Shown one piece after another: positions 53,899 through 64,000 of a stretch of DNA of 64,000 nt. The notes beneath the pieces were generated by a model. The model was not told the origin of the DNA, did no database searches, and saw only the letters and a program-made list of their open reading frames with translations. Both the position numbers and the translations under genes were made by a program. How positions within the stretch are numbered: position 1 is the first letter of the stretch; each line of letters begins with the position of its first letter. Origin of the DNA: Chloroflexota bacterium. GTDB taxonomy: Bacteria; Chloroflexota; Dehalococcoidia; Bin125. The stretch covers positions 74,060-138,059 of the forward strand of contig JAPPBN010000046.1 of NCBI GenBank assembly GCA_026705025.1. The letters run 5' to 3'.

Positions 53899-54621
53899 CT
53901 ACTGCGGCCCTGCGTGATCGTGGACGAACTGGTGCATTTCCGACATCACGATGTCGGGCTCCTCAGCCAGGCCGTGCCCTCCGTCGGGAATCAGGACCAG
54001 CTTCTTTGGTTCGTTGGCCCGCTCGTAGATGTCCTCGGAGGCCATGTGGTGGAGGATCGCGTCGGCCGTGCCGTGGATCAGCAGCAGAGGCTTGTGCATC
54101 TCATCGACCTGTCGTGTGCCGAAGAGTTGTGGCGACAGCGAGATTACGCCGCGGACCTGAGGCATGATCTGAGCGGTCTTGATCACGACGGCGCCGCCAA
54201 ATGAGTGGCCGGCCAGGATGATTCGCTCGGCCCCGAGGCCGGCGAGAAACGAGCAGGCGCCGAGCAGGTCGAGGACGCATTCCTCGAACTCCCCGGCTGT
54301 TCGGTAGTGGATGCGAAGCGTTGATACGCCTTCGCCCGGCAACTGCTCCGCCAACCTCTGATAGACGCTGTCGGCCGGACCGCGGACCTCGTGCTCGCCG
54401 CCCATTGCTCCGGAACACGTGATCAGCGCCCCGGTCTGTCCTTCCGAGACATCGAGCAGGGCACTGATCTCGCCCCGGGTCGTACCGAGACGCAGTTCCA
54501 GGCGCGAGGGGTCGGGTTCGCCCTCCTCGACCGGTCGGGGACGCGCCTGCACGCCAGTGATTCTCAGCGTCAGGTCTTCCGGTTCGGGTTCTCCCGGAGT
54601 CGGGTTGAGGCGGAAGGTCAT
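53899..54621 (-). CDS. Alpha/beta hydrolase (dienelactone-hydrolase-like)
   Basis: GHSFGG nucleophile elbow, downstream Asp/His; 240 aa. Confidence 0.7.
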   Translation of the reverse strand: MTFRLNPTPGEPEPEDLTLRITGVQARPRPVEEGEPDPSRLELRLGTTRGEISALLDVSEGQTGALITCSGAMGGEHEVRGPADSVYQRLAEQLPGEGVSTLRIHYRTAGEFEECVLDLLGACSFLAGLGAERIILAGHSFGGAVVIKTAQIMPQVRGVISLSPQLFGTRQVDEMHKPLLLIHGTADAILHHMASEDIYERANEPKKLVLIPDGGHGLAEEPDIVMSEMHQFVHDHAGPQ

Positions 54622-54671
54622 GGCCGCAGGCTAGCGGCTACTCGTGGGTCTCCAGGCCGCGTGACCCACCG

Positions 54672-55955
54672 TTACTTCGCCAGGGGAGCGTAGTGGAGGA
54701 AGCGGCCGATGCGCTCGAGTGCGTCCTCGATCTCGTCGTAGCTGGTCGCGTAGCAGGCGCGCACGTGTCCGGCGCCGGCCGCGCCGAAGGCAGAGCCGGG
54801 TACGACGGCGACCTGTTCCTGGATCAGCAGTTGTTCGGCGAACGTCTCGTCGTCGTAGCCGGTCTGTGCGACCGAGGGGAAGGCGTAGAACGCGCCGCGC
54901 GGCTCGGCGCAGGCCAGGCCGAGCTTGTTGAATCCGCGCCACATCAACTGGCGGCGGCGGTCGTATTCCTCGCGCATGGCGACGACGTATTCCTCGCCTG
55001 CGCGAACGGCCTCCAGCGCGGCGTACTGGGCCACCGTTGGCGCGGACATCATCGCGTACTGGTGAATCTTGAGCATGCCGGCGAAGAGGTCGGACGGCGC
55101 GGCCGCCCAGGCGACGCGCCAGCCGGTCATCGCGTGCGACTTGGAGAAGCCGCCCAGCGTGATCGTGCGCTCTTTCATTCCTGGCAGCGAGGCGATCGGT
55201 GTGTGCTCAAAGCCGCCGTAGACGAGGCGGTCGTAGATCTCGTCAGAAATCACGAGGAGGTCGTGTCGGCGGGCGATCTCGGCGAGCGCCTCCAGTGTCG
55301 GTCGCTCGAGCACGGCGCCGGTGGGATTGGATGGATAGGCGATCAGCAGGGCCTTGCTCCTGGGAGTGATAGCCGCTTCGACCGCCTTGGGGTCGAGCGC
55401 GAAGCCCTGCGAGGCACGCGTTGTGATCGGCACCGGCACGCCGCCGGCGAGAACGACCGCGGGCGCGTGCGCGGCGTACGACGGATCGGCGACAATCACC
55501 TCGTCGCCGGGATTGATGATCGCTCGGGCGGCCAGGTCGAGGCCCTCAGAGACGCCGGTGGTGATCAGCAACTCCTCGCGCGGATCCCATTCGACGCCGT
55601 AGCGGCGTTCCAGATCGCGCGCGATCGCCTCGCGAAGCTCCAGCAACCCAAGATTCGAGGTGTAGTGCGTGTGACCCTGCTCGATCGCGCGGATGCCGGC
55701 TTCGCTGATCGGCCAGGGCGTGACAAAGTCCGGCTCACCAACGCCGAGCGAGATCACATGGTCCATTGAGGCGATGATGTCGAAGAAGCGCCTGATGCCT
55801 GAGCCGGGCACAGCCTGCACCCGCTCGGCGACCCGAGCTATTCCATCCGCCGATCCCGCACCTTGCGCCGCAGCCGCCGATCCGGCACCCGCGGCGCCGG
55901 TATGCCGGGGATCGTCGTCGCTCGAGTATGGGCGGTCGTTGGACGCTATCGGCAT
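54672..55955 (-). CDS. Pyridoxal-phosphate-dependent aminotransferase (class I/II, AspC-like)
   Basis: Aminotransferase class I motifs: a PLP-lysine region SFSKSHAMTGWRVAW and YPSNPTG. Confidence 0.8.
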   Translation of the reverse strand: MPIASNDRPYSSDDDPRHTGAAGAGSAAAAQGAGSADGIARVAERVQAVPGSGIRRFFDIIASMDHVISLGVGEPDFVTPWPISEAGIRAIEQGHTHYTSNLGLLELREAIARDLERRYGVEWDPREELLITTGVSEGLDLAARAIINPGDEVIVADPSYAAHAPAVVLAGGVPVPITTRASQGFALDPKAVEAAITPRSKALLIAYPSNPTGAVLERPTLEALAEIARRHDLLVISDEIYDRLVYGGFEHTPIASLPGMKERTITLGGFSKSHAMTGWRVAWAAAPSDLFAGMLKIHQYAMMSAPTVAQYAALEAVRAGEEYVVAMREEYDRRRQLMWRGFNKLGLACAEPRGAFYAFPSVAQTGYDDETFAEQLLIQEQVAVVPGSAFGAAGAGHVRACYATSYDEIEDALERIGRFLHYAPLAK

Positions 55956-55999
55956 GGTTCTCTCGCTCTGAACTCATTCCTACTGCTGCGATTGACGGG

Positions 56000-56494
56000 T
56001 CAAAAGACGACCTTCTGGCGGTCGTTCTGTAGGTCGGCGTCGATGTAGACGCCGTCTTCCTTGTAGCGGCGCATGAGAACGCGAGTGGTGGTGCCTTTGA
56101 CGCCGGACATGGTGGCCAGGCGTTCGCCGACGAAGTCGGAGATGCCGCGCATATTGTCGGCGGCAATCATGACCAGCAGGTCGTAGGCGCCGGAGACGAA
56201 GTAGACGGTCTGCACCTCATCGAACCGTGCGATTCGCCGGGCGACGGCGTTGTAGCCGACGTTCGGTTGCGGCTCGACGGTGACCTCAACGACCGCGTAG
56301 ACGGTTGAGAGGCCGAGCGTTTCCCAGTTGATCTTGGCGCCGTAGCCGAGGATGATGCTGCGCTCTTCGGCGTCCTGGACCGCCTCCGCAACACTGGCTT
56401 CGTCTGCATTGACGCGCTCGGCGATCTGCGCCGCCGACTGGCGGGCGTCGCGCGCGAGTTCGCGGAGTACGGGTTCGAGAATTGGATCCATCAA
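56000..56494 (-). CDS. Lrp/AsnC family transcriptional regulator
   Basis: N-terminal HTH (LRELARDARQSAAQIAERV) plus a C-terminal RAM/AsnC_trans_reg domain. Confidence 0.8.
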   Translation of the reverse strand: MMDPILEPVLRELARDARQSAAQIAERVNADEASVAEAVQDAEERSIILGYGAKINWETLGLSTVYAVVEVTVEPQPNVGYNAVARRIARFDEVQTVYFVSGAYDLLVMIAADNMRGISDFVGERLATMSGVKGTTTRVLMRRYKEDGVYIDADLQNDRQKVVF

Positions 56495-56556
56495 GATCGA
56501 ACTTTACGTGAAGAAACCGGCAGTGTCAGTGCCGGACGCTGTCGCATCGTTTCTCG

Positions 56557-58047
56557 TTACGTTGAGCCAACATTCCCTGCCGGGAAGGTGGGCCATTGTG
56601 TCAGTTGCTCGTAGGCGTTGGCGACCCCCAGCAGTGTGGTTTCGTCCAGTCGCTGACCAACGAACTGGAGTCCGACCGGCATCCCGGCGTTGCCGAATCC
56701 TCCGGGAACGGAGATTGCGGGGAGTCCTGCGATGTTGGCCGGGATCGTGAAGATGTCGTTGAGATACATCTGATACGGGTCGGTGATTTCGCCCTGCCTG
56801 AATGCGACGGTCGGTGCCGTGGGAGCAACGATCACATCGTGATCGGCGAAGACCCGATCGAACTCTCTTCGGATCAGGGTGCGCACTTTCTGCGCCTGTA
56901 AGTAGTAGGCGTCGTAGTAGCCGGCCGAAAGCGCGTAGGCGCCCAGCAGGATGCGTCGTTTGACTTCGCGCCCGAAACCGTGCTGGCGTGTGGCTTCCAT
57001 GTCGGCCCACATCGACTCGCCACCGCGCGCGCCGTAGCCGTACTTGACCCCGTCGAAGCGGGCCAGGTTGGCCGAGCATTCCGAGGGCGCGAGGATGTAA
57101 TAGACCGGCAGAGCCATCGGCACGGACGGCATCGACGGCGTGCGGTCGATGATCGCTCCGTTGGCGGCCAGCAGTTCGAGCGCCGTCTCAACAGCGCTCG
57201 CGACGTCGTCGTCCATGCCGTCGCCGAAGAACTCCTGCGGGGCTGCGACGCGCAGGCCGTCGAGTCCGCGGTCCAGTCGTTCGCTGAAGTCAGGGACCGG
57301 TTCGTTATAGCAGGTGGAATCAAGCGGATCCGGTCCGGCGATCGCCTGCAGTAGCAGCGCAGCATCTTCGACCGTGCTGGTGAAGGGTCCGATTTGATCG
57401 AGCGAACTGGCGAACGCGATCAGGCCGTAGCGAGAGACTCGGCCATATGTCGGTTTGAGTCCAACCACGCCGCAAAACGAGGCGGGCTGGCGGATTGAGC
57501 CACCCGTGTCGGAACCGAGCGCGGCGATGCACTGGCGCGCAGCGACCGCAGCAGCCGAGCCGCCCGAGGATCCGCCCGGCACACGCTCGTGATCCCAGGG
57601 ATTGGCGGTCGGAAACCAGGCCGAGTGTTCGGTCGAGGAACCCATCGCGAACTCGTCCATGTTGAGCTTGCCCAGGGAGATCGCTCCGGCTTCGCGCAGG
57701 CGAGCGACGACGGTCGCGTCGTAGGGCGGAACCAGGCTGTCCAGCATCCTGGAGCCGGCTGTCGTCCGGACGCCGCTGGTCATCAGCACGTCCTTAAGGC
57801 CGATTGGCAGACCAGTCAGCGGGGCCGTGGCGTCGCCGCGAGCAAGCGCCGCGTCCGCTTCAGCTGCCTGTTCGAGGGCCGACTCCGCCGTCACCGTGAC
57901 GAATGCGCGGACCTCGTCGTCGGTGGCTGCGATCCGATCGAGGAACGTCTGGGTCAGTTGGCCTGAGGTGACTTCACCGGCAAGCAGTCGTCGGCGGCCC
58001 TCAGCCAACGTGATCGTCAGCAGCTCGGGTTCGCTAGGAGCATTCAT
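56557..58047 (-). CDS. gatA: Asp-tRNA(Asn)/Glu-tRNA(Gln) amidotransferase subunit A
   Basis: Amidase signature [13 protein letters not shown] and overall GatA blocks; the start overlaps gatC. Confidence 0.9.
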   Translation of the reverse strand: MNAPSEPELLTITLAEGRRRLLAGEVTSGQLTQTFLDRIAATDDEVRAFVTVTAESALEQAAEADAALARGDATAPLTGLPIGLKDVLMTSGVRTTAGSRMLDSLVPPYDATVVARLREAGAISLGKLNMDEFAMGSSTEHSAWFPTANPWDHERVPGGSSGGSAAAVAARQCIAALGSDTGGSIRQPASFCGVVGLKPTYGRVSRYGLIAFASSLDQIGPFTSTVEDAALLLQAIAGPDPLDSTCYNEPVPDFSERLDRGLDGLRVAAPQEFFGDGMDDDVASAVETALELLAANGAIIDRTPSMPSVPMALPVYYILAPSECSANLARFDGVKYGYGARGGESMWADMEATRQHGFGREVKRRILLGAYALSAGYYDAYYLQAQKVRTLIRREFDRVFADHDVIVAPTAPTVAFRQGEITDPYQMYLNDIFTIPANIAGLPAISVPGGFGNAGMPVGLQFVGQRLDETTLLGVANAYEQLTQWPTFPAGNVGST

Positions 58048-58355
58048 GACTGATCGAGCACGGCGTGCACGCGGAAGTACTCGTCTTCGCGCTGCGGTGC
58101 GTTGGCAAGCACTTGATCGCGCTGCATCGCTGGAATCGACGCATCGTCGTCCTGGACATTGATCAGGTCCGCGCCGTTGTTGGTCGGCGGCACGCCGCTG
58201 GTATCGATCTCCGACAGCGCATCGATGTGCGAAAGGATGCTGGCCAGTTCGCCGCGGAACTCTTCGACCTCGGAATCCGTCAATTCAATACGCACCAGCG
58301 ATGCGAGATGGCGCACCTGCGCGCTCGTGAACTGATTGCTGTCGGTATCGGACAT
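58044..58355 (-). CDS. gatC: Asp-tRNA(Asn)/Glu-tRNA(Gln) amidotransferase subunit C
   Basis: A 103-aa acidic protein with the GatC pattern (VRHLASLVRIELTDSEVEEF...LSHIDAL), directly upstream of gatA. Confidence 0.85.
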   Translation of the reverse strand: MSDTDSNQFTSAQVRHLASLVRIELTDSEVEEFRGELASILSHIDALSEIDTSGVPPTNNGADLINVQDDDASIPAMQRDQVLANAPQREDEYFRVHAVLDQS

Positions 58356-58472
58356 TTTGGGCGGCTCGAGGCGAAGGACAGGGAACGTTATTCGTGCGTG
58401 AAATGCAGCCTATCGCGCCGCTGAGTTCCAGGGCAGAAGACGTAATGTGGAAGCTGAGACGGAGTACCGCGA

Positions 58473-61292
58473 TTGACATCCGAACGTAACGGCGAACGCA
58501 GCCGGCGGCTGAGCCTGGCCACGCGCCTCGCGATCAGATCGCGGCGGCGCAAGCGCGGCGAACGCGTCGAGCCGGTTCGGATGAGAGGCTGGATGATCGC
58601 CCTGGTGATCGTGCTTGGCGTGCCGTTGGTCATGCTCGGCGCTGCAGCGGGCACGGCCTATCTGATCTATTCGGACTTCGCCAACGATCTGGCTCCGCCC
58701 GACGAAATCGAGGAAACGCAGCAACTGCTGGGCAGCAGCCGCATCTTCGATCGCAACGGCGAGGACGGCGTGCTGCTGTTTGAGTACGCGCGTCCTTCGG
58801 ACGGTCTGCGCGCGCCGGTTCGGCTGCACCGAGTTTCGCAACACCTGATCGACGCGACAGTGGCGACAGAAGACGCCACGTTCTGGACGAACGAGGGAAT
58901 CAACTTCCGCGGTCTGCTGCGCGCGGCCTGGGAGAACTTCGGCGTCGGCAGTTCGGACTTCCTCGGCGGTTCGGGCGGCTCCTCGATCACACAACAACTG
59001 GTCAAGAACGTACTGATTCCGCCTGAGGAGCGAACCGGTCGCACGCTCAACCGTGTCCGCGGGAAACTGAAGGAAACGATCCTCGCCATTGAGTTGACCA
59101 ACGAGTACGGCAAGGAGCAGATTCTCGAGTGGTATCTGAACTCGATTTTCTATGGCAATTTCTCTTACGGGATCGGAGCTGCCAGCCAGCGTTACTTCGG
59201 CAAGTCGCCGGCCCAGCTGACGCTGGCCGAGTCTGCGATGCTGGCCGGCCTGCCGCAGGCGCCATCGCTCTACAACCCGCTGGAGAACTTTGACGGAGCG
59301 AAGCAGCGACAGGGCGACGTGCTGGAGTTGATGGTGCGGCACGGGTTCATCACTCGCGCCCAGGCCGATACCGCCTGGCGCGAAGAGTTGGAGTTCGACT
59401 CGGCCGAGTTCGACATCGAGGCGCCGCACTACGTGATTTATGTAAGAGAGCAGGTTGAGCGCCTGTGCCGGCTGGAGCGGTTCGTGCCGCCCTCAGGTAC
59501 GGGCGGTTGCGAGAACTTGATGAACAACGGCGGTTTGAGGATTACGACCTCGCTCGACTTTGGCCTCCAGGCCCGAGCCGAAGCCGAAGTGCGCTCGGCG
59601 ATCGACGATTTCGAAGCGTCGACCGGTGCACATAACGGCGCACTGGTGGCAATCGATCCGTCGACCGGACAAATCCTTGCCATGGTCGGCAGCCGAGACT
59701 TCTTTGACGAGACGATTGACGGTCAGGTCAACCTGGCGACGGCGACGCACTCACCGGGATCCGCACTGAAGCCGCTGACCTACCTGGCTGCGTTCCAGCT
59801 CGATCCACGCACATGGCACCCGGCAACGGTGCTCTGGGACGTGCCGACCACGTACGTCGAAGCGGACGGCACGGAATTCAAGCCGGTCAACTTCGACGGC
59901 GTGTTTCGGGGACCGGTGACTGTGCGCAGCGCCCTGGCCAACTCGATGAATGTACCGGCGTTCAAGGTGGCCGAACGACTGGGAAGCGCGGCCCTGCTGG
60001 ACACGCTGCATCGGCTGGGGATCACCACGATGCACGACCCCGGCGACTACGGACCCTCGATCACCCTCGGTGGCGGCGAGGTGACGTTGCTCGATTTGAC
60101 CTATGCCTACGCGACGCTGGCCAATCTCGGCGAGATGAAGGGCCAACTCACAGTCCAGGCACTCCCGGACGGATTCCGCCAACTCGATCCGGTCGCCGTG
60201 CTGGAGATCCGCGATGTTGAAGGACGGCTGTTGTATGAGTGGTCGGCGTCGGGAGAGCCGGAAGTCCGCTCCGCCGCACGTCCCGGGCAGGTCTATCAGA
60301 TCACTGACATCCTCTCGGACAACAACGCCCGCTCCCTGCTGTACGGGACGAGCAGCCCGCTCGTGTTGGATCGTCCGGCTGCAGCCAAGACAGGAACGGC
60401 CGGTGATCCGGGTCAGGACGACGTGCGCCGCGACTACTGGACGATGGGCTACACGCCGCAGCTGGCCGTCGGCGTCTGGATCGGCAACGCCGACGAGTCG
60501 GCGATGACCGGTGGCTCGTCGGTGCAGACGGCAGGATTGATCTGGAACCGATTCATGCGCTCAGCGCACGAGGGCGTGACAGCCGAGGCGTTTACAGAAC
60601 CTGACGGGATTCATCGGTCCCTGGTGTACGCGCCCGCGGTGAACTTGCATGCGGCGGTGCAACCCGATTCGAGTCTGCACAACCCTTGTTCCTCTCCGCG
60701 AGAGGAATTGTTCGTGTCGGCCCGCGTCGCGCCACCGCTCGACAACTTCATCTGCTACGAGGTTGAAGTTGATCGACGAACATTGCAGCGGGCAACCGTC
60801 GACACGCCTGAGGACTATCTGCAGCAGGGCGTCTGGTTGGAACCACCCGCAGTGTCGCGACGCGGGGCGACGGCGCTTGATCCCATTGCAGTCGAGTGGC
60901 TGCGTCGGAACCGCGTCGCCTATCTCCAGCCGGGGACGGTTGATGACGCGGATGCGCCGGTGAGGTTCGATACGCCTGGCGACGCCGCGATCATCGATCG
61001 CGGCGAGATTCTGATCACCGGGCGGGCACACAGCTCGGAGTTGACCGGTTGGACGCTGACTGCGCGCCGGTTGGGTAGTGAAGATGTTCTCACCATCGCG
61101 ACCGGCTCGCAGGGTGTCGACGGCGGCGTCCTGGCACGTTGGGACAGCAGCGACATCGTCGGCGGCGTCTATGAGCTGAGCCTGGAGTTGATGGACGCGT
61201 ACCTGGGGTCGATCAGTGAGACGATCATGATTGCCCTGCCTGAGCAGCCGAGTGTGTCCGGACTGGAGTCCGAGACGGCTGAATCGGAGTGA
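58473..61292 (+). CDS. Class A penicillin-binding protein (PBP1A family transglycosylase/transpeptidase) with long C-terminal extension
   Basis: GT51 motifs EDATFWTNEGIN and GGSSITQQLVKN; a transpeptidase SxxK region and KTGT. The TTG at 58473 and the ATG at 58581 are alternative starts. Confidence 0.8.
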   Translation: MTSERNGERSRRLSLATRLAIRSRRRKRGERVEPVRMRGWMIALVIVLGVPLVMLGAAAGTAYLIYSDFANDLAPPDEIEETQQLLGSSRIFDRNGEDGVLLFEYARPSDGLRAPVRLHRVSQHLIDATVATEDATFWTNEGINFRGLLRAAWENFGVGSSDFLGGSGGSSITQQLVKNVLIPPEERTGRTLNRVRGKLKETILAIELTNEYGKEQILEWYLNSIFYGNFSYGIGAASQRYFGKSPAQLTLAESAMLAGLPQAPSLYNPLENFDGAKQRQGDVLELMVRHGFITRAQADTAWREELEFDSAEFDIEAPHYVIYVREQVERLCRLERFVPPSGTGGCENLMNNGGLRITTSLDFGLQARAEAEVRSAIDDFEASTGAHNGALVAIDPSTGQILAMVGSRDFFDETIDGQVNLATATHSPGSALKPLTYLAAFQLDPRTWHPATVLWDVPTTYVEADGTEFKPVNFDGVFRGPVTVRSALANSMNVPAFKVAERLGSAALLDTLHRLGITTMHDPGDYGPSITLGGGEVTLLDLTYAYATLANLGEMKGQLTVQALPDGFRQLDPVAVLEIRDVEGRLLYEWSASGEPEVRSAARPGQVYQITDILSDNNARSLLYGTSSPLVLDRPAAAKTGTAGDPGQDDVRRDYWTMGYTPQLAVGVWIGNADESAMTGGSSVQTAGLIWNRFMRSAHEGVTAEAFTEPDGIHRSLVYAPAVNLHAAVQPDSSLHNPCSSPREELFVSARVAPPLDNFICYEVEVDRRTLQRATVDTPEDYLQQGVWLEPPAVSRRGATALDPIAVEWLRRNRVAYLQPGTVDDADAPVRFDTPGDAAIIDRGEILITGRAHSSELTGWTLTARRLGSEDVLTIATGSQGVDGGVLARWDSSDIVGGVYELSLELMDAYLGSISETIMIALPEQPSVSGLESETAESE

Positions 61293-61298
61293 GCCGCG

Positions 61299-62447
61299 CT
61301 ACCGGGGGAGCAGAGCATCCGCCTCTTCGGGAGAACCGACCCCGCGCACTGCTTGAAGAAACTCGGACAGCGACTCATGGTCAGCGCGAAACTGGATCAA
61401 TCGTGGGCCCCAGGGACTGGCCGACGACGGGCTGGCGCCGTAACCGCCGCGAAACGCGAGAAATGCCTGGTTAATCCGGCGGAATGGTCGATCCAGGTCG
61501 ATCAGCCGTAGTCGCGTCGATTCCATCAGACGCTCCGCCTCTTCAATCTGACCATCGGCCAGCAACGCGTCCACGTCGATTCGAAGTTGGCGCAGCAGCG
61601 GATCAGTGGCAGCGCGAATCTCAGTGCGGAGTTGCACTCGGTCGTCAATGTCTGGAGGTTCAAACGCTGACAACCCTGCGGCAATCTCGCCCAACTCGTC
61701 GCCGACGATATCTGCGACGGTCTCATTGATCGTGCGCATGTCGGATCCCCGGCCGTAGGCCAGCCCAAGCGGGTAGAAGCCGAGGTAGTGATGGGTCCAC
61801 TCATGGGCCATGATCCGCAGTGTGCTGAGATAGTCGCGTGACGAGACGACCGAAGCCGGATACAGCGCGACGCCGCCGATCGGTCCGACCCACGCGGACC
61901 AGCGTCCGTCTGCTTCGACTGCCGCTTCGATTCGTTCGTAGTCGTCGCGCTCGACATCCGATGTAAGCAGCACCGAACGGACCATTCGGACCTCGTCCCT
62001 CAGGGAGACAGCGACCACGTGCAACCGCTCACTCAAGTCAACATCGACCGGCGGCCAGACAACTCTGACCCGCCCGAAGAGGGGCAGCGGAGTATCCAAT
62101 CCCAGGTCCGATGCCGCATTGCTGAGCTGCCGTTCCAGCAGCAGTTCCGCCTTCTTTCGGTCTTCCTCGTGCCCCTGCTCGAACCAGCGCTGGAGCGTCG
62201 CTTGCTCGTCCAGATCCGGTTGATCAAGCCAGCCGGCCACATTGGTCAGCCAGCGGTTGGGCAGGTGAGTGACCTCGTACTTGAAGAACGAGAAGCGATG
62301 GGTCTCGGTCGCCCGTTCCACGATGTCGTCGAGGCCGGTTGAGGACTGGGCTCTCAACGTGGTCGAGACGAACAGCGCACAGAGAACGGTCATGCCGATG
62401 GCAACCGATGCCAGCGAAACGGTCAGCGCGAGACGACGCCGCATCAT
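61299..62447 (-). CDS. Membrane-anchored hypothetical protein with HExxH zinc-metallopeptidase motif (MAHEWTHH)
   Basis: An N-terminal TM helix; AHEWTHHYLGF contains HEWTH; no family assigned. Confidence 0.45.
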   Translation of the reverse strand: MMRRRLALTVSLASVAIGMTVLCALFVSTTLRAQSSTGLDDIVERATETHRFSFFKYEVTHLPNRWLTNVAGWLDQPDLDEQATLQRWFEQGHEEDRKKAELLLERQLSNAASDLGLDTPLPLFGRVRVVWPPVDVDLSERLHVVAVSLRDEVRMVRSVLLTSDVERDDYERIEAAVEADGRWSAWVGPIGGVALYPASVVSSRDYLSTLRIMAHEWTHHYLGFYPLGLAYGRGSDMRTINETVADIVGDELGEIAAGLSAFEPPDIDDRVQLRTEIRAATDPLLRQLRIDVDALLADGQIEEAERLMESTRLRLIDLDRPFRRINQAFLAFRGGYGASPSSASPWGPRLIQFRADHESLSEFLQAVRGVGSPEEADALLPR

Positions 62448-62454
62448 GCATTCG

Positions 62455-62922
62455 ATGCTACGCTCAACCGCGTTGATGACCCGTTCAGAGTCCGAATCTC
62501 TCTACATCCCCATCGTCCGCCGTGAAGTCCGTGTGGTCGCTGCAGCGATCGACTTCGTTGTGATTGGCCTGTTCAGCGCGTTGTGCGCTGCGGCCGCACT
62601 GACGGCCATGTTGCTGCAAATCGATCCGCTGGAGCGTGACCCAACGGCAGGTGAGTGGGGAGTTGGCTATGCCATCGCCCTCTGTTGGTTCATGCTCTCG
62701 TCGTTGTATGCAGGTCTGGGGGCACGCACGCTCGGAGCTCGGGCACTCGGCCTCAGGGAACTACGCGGCGGCAGGCGGACGTTTGTGGTTCGCGGGCTCA
62801 TCTGGTGGCCTTCGGTGCTATTGCTGGGGATTGGATTGTGGTGGCCATGGATCGATCCGCAGGGACGCAGCCTGCCCGACATGATGTCCGGCTCACTGCT
62901 GATCGAGACTCGGCCGAGGTGA
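62455..62922 (+). CDS. RDD family membrane protein
   Basis: An R-rich entry (VRREVRVVAAAIDFVVIGLF), TM helices and a terminal D typical of RDD. The start was chosen downstream of the convergent gene end; 62476 is an alternative. Confidence 0.55.
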   Translation: MLRSTALMTRSESESLYIPIVRREVRVVAAAIDFVVIGLFSALCAAAALTAMLLQIDPLERDPTAGEWGVGYAIALCWFMLSSLYAGLGARTLGARALGLRELRGGRRTFVVRGLIWWPSVLLLGIGLWWPWIDPQGRSLPDMMSGSLLIETRPR

Positions 62923-63761
62923 ACAGGCGCCCGACGCTGTACCGGCCGGTGGTGGATCGGGAGCCTGGATGGCGGCGGCCCGTGCTGGTCCTCACCCTGC
63001 TCTTGACCGCGCTGACGACGGCCGTCGCAATCGTGTTCATGTCCGCCACTCAGCTGACGGAACGGAACATGGCTCAGCGCTTCCTCGCCCGCGCGCTGCA
63101 CTCTCTGCTCGAGATCGATCAGTTTGTGCTCCATGCCTGGCCGGAACTGGAGGCAGCGGCGGCGGATGGAAGTCCGATTCTGCTGGAAGACTTCCCGGTT
63201 GCACTCCAACTCGATCGCGCCGGACTGGCGGAGGGACCAATCGCAGTATCCGAGGCAATCGCGGCCGCAACCGCCTCGCTGGTGTACGACGCCGGACTCG
63301 ATGTGCTGTCGGAATCGCCACGAGCCTTCCGGATCCTGTCGCGGGGCGCCTTGTTTGACGGCTCCGTTGGCCGGCTGACGGGCGGCGGTCACGAGTTGGC
63401 CAGCATCGGGTTCATCGTCAGTGGGACGCTCGCCGTGCTACTGGTCCTCGCCACCGCAGCCCAGGTCCGAGGCCTCTACCGGATCGGCGCGCCGGCCCTC
63501 GCGATCGGACTGGGGGCGGCGCTGGTCTGGATCGTCGCGGCTGTGGCGCGGTCCGCATTCGAAGGGCAAGCGGAGACGAGTGCGGATCCATTCGCTGCAG
63601 ATCTCGGATTGATCGCCGCCGACGCAGTTTCCGTGCTGGTGCGCAACGGGGCCATTGTGACGGTGACAGCCGGTGTTGTCGGCGTGTTGAGTCTGGCCGC
63701 GGGAGGGTTGTTGCGAGCCCTCGAACGCGCGAATATCGCTCAGTCGGCGCGGAATCGGTAG
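62919..63761 (+). CDS. Hypothetical membrane protein
   Basis: A GTG overlapping the RDD stop (GTGA); several hydrophobic helices; no recognisable domain. Confidence 0.4.
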   Translation: MNRRPTLYRPVVDREPGWRRPVLVLTLLLTALTTAVAIVFMSATQLTERNMAQRFLARALHSLLEIDQFVLHAWPELEAAAADGSPILLEDFPVALQLDRAGLAEGPIAVSEAIAAATASLVYDAGLDVLSESPRAFRILSRGALFDGSVGRLTGGGHELASIGFIVSGTLAVLLVLATAAQVRGLYRIGAPALAIGLGAALVWIVAAVARSAFEGQAETSADPFAADLGLIAADAVSVLVRNGAIVTVTAGVVGVLSLAAGGLLRALERANIAQSARNR

Positions 63762-63846
63762 CTGCCCACTTGATTCCGTCGTCGCGAGCACGGCGTGTAC
63801 GATGCAAGAAAGTGATTCGGGTATGCCTGACGCAGATCCGAGCGCC

Positions 63847-63921
63847 GCGGGAGTAGCTCAGTGGTAGAGCATCTGCTTCCCAAGCAGAGGGTCGCGGGTT
63901 CGAATCCCGTCTCCCGCTCCA
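63847..63921 (+). tRNA. tRNA-Gly (anticodon CCC)
   Basis: GCGGGAGUAGCUCAGUGGUAGAGCAUCUGCUUCCCAAGCAGAGGGUCGCGGGUUCGAAUCCCGUCUCCCGCUCCA: a 7-bp acceptor stem, anticodon loop UUCCCAA, T-loop UUCGAAU, discriminator U and encoded CCA. Confidence 0.85.
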
Positions 63922-64000
63922 GCAAGTCAGGTGGTCCGAACAAGTCCCGATCGACGGGATAGCGAGGTAGACACGATGGAACTGAGATTCTCCGAAGCCG

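Noticed and set aside
63762-63846. Sigma70-like promoter (TTGATT ... TACGAT) for tRNA-Gly
   Set aside because: The spacer is ~22 nt in my count, too long for a confident -35/-10 call; not reported as a feature.
1-64000. Insertion sequences, integrase, phage genes, rRNA
   Set aside because: No transposase or integrase motifs (DDE, tyrosine recombinase R..HxxR..Y) and no rRNA-like segments were recognised in any frame. The accessory regions appear to lack their mobility genes within this window.

Overview
This is a high-GC (by eye about 65-70%) chromosomal segment with Gram-positive-type synteny (rpmB / yloV / degV / recG; gatC-gatA; class A PBP). The organism encodes F420-dependent enzymes: an LLM-class F420 oxidoreductase and a DUF385 deazaflavin-dependent nitroreductase. 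The window carries most of an interrupted arginine-biosynthesis cluster (argC-argJ, argB, argD, argG, argH) plus argS, trpS, rpe, a UPF0182 membrane protein, CoA-transferase/crotonase genes and assorted metabolic genes.

The most notable content is a probable selenoprotein. A thioredoxin-fold/NHL-repeat gene (an NHLRC2 homolog, 859..2367) is interrupted by a single in-frame TGA. The TGA sits exactly at the first Cys position of the redox CxxC motif, and a SECIS-like hairpin lies 18 nt downstream. A tRNA-Sec gene (UCA anticodon, long variable arm) is present in the same window at 18477..18574 on the minus strand.

There are also accessory islets:
- Two class II Fic proteins.
- A Fic-Mrr-restriction-endonuclease-like three-gene block behind strong palindromic operators.
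- A RelE/ParE toxin pair inserted in the arg cluster.
- A VTC/DUF4956/CotH triad.

Several unusual non-coding repeat structures occur:
- A 3 x 71-bp tandem repeat.
- 10-bp-phased GTCCAGAT arrays at two loci, one of them inside the 5' part of the annotated recG ORF.
- A CGAAC-repeat array upstream of argG.
- Paired REP-like palindromes.

No rRNA, CRISPR, transposase or integrase was recognised. Positions of non-ORF features are read by eye and may be off by 1-2 nt.
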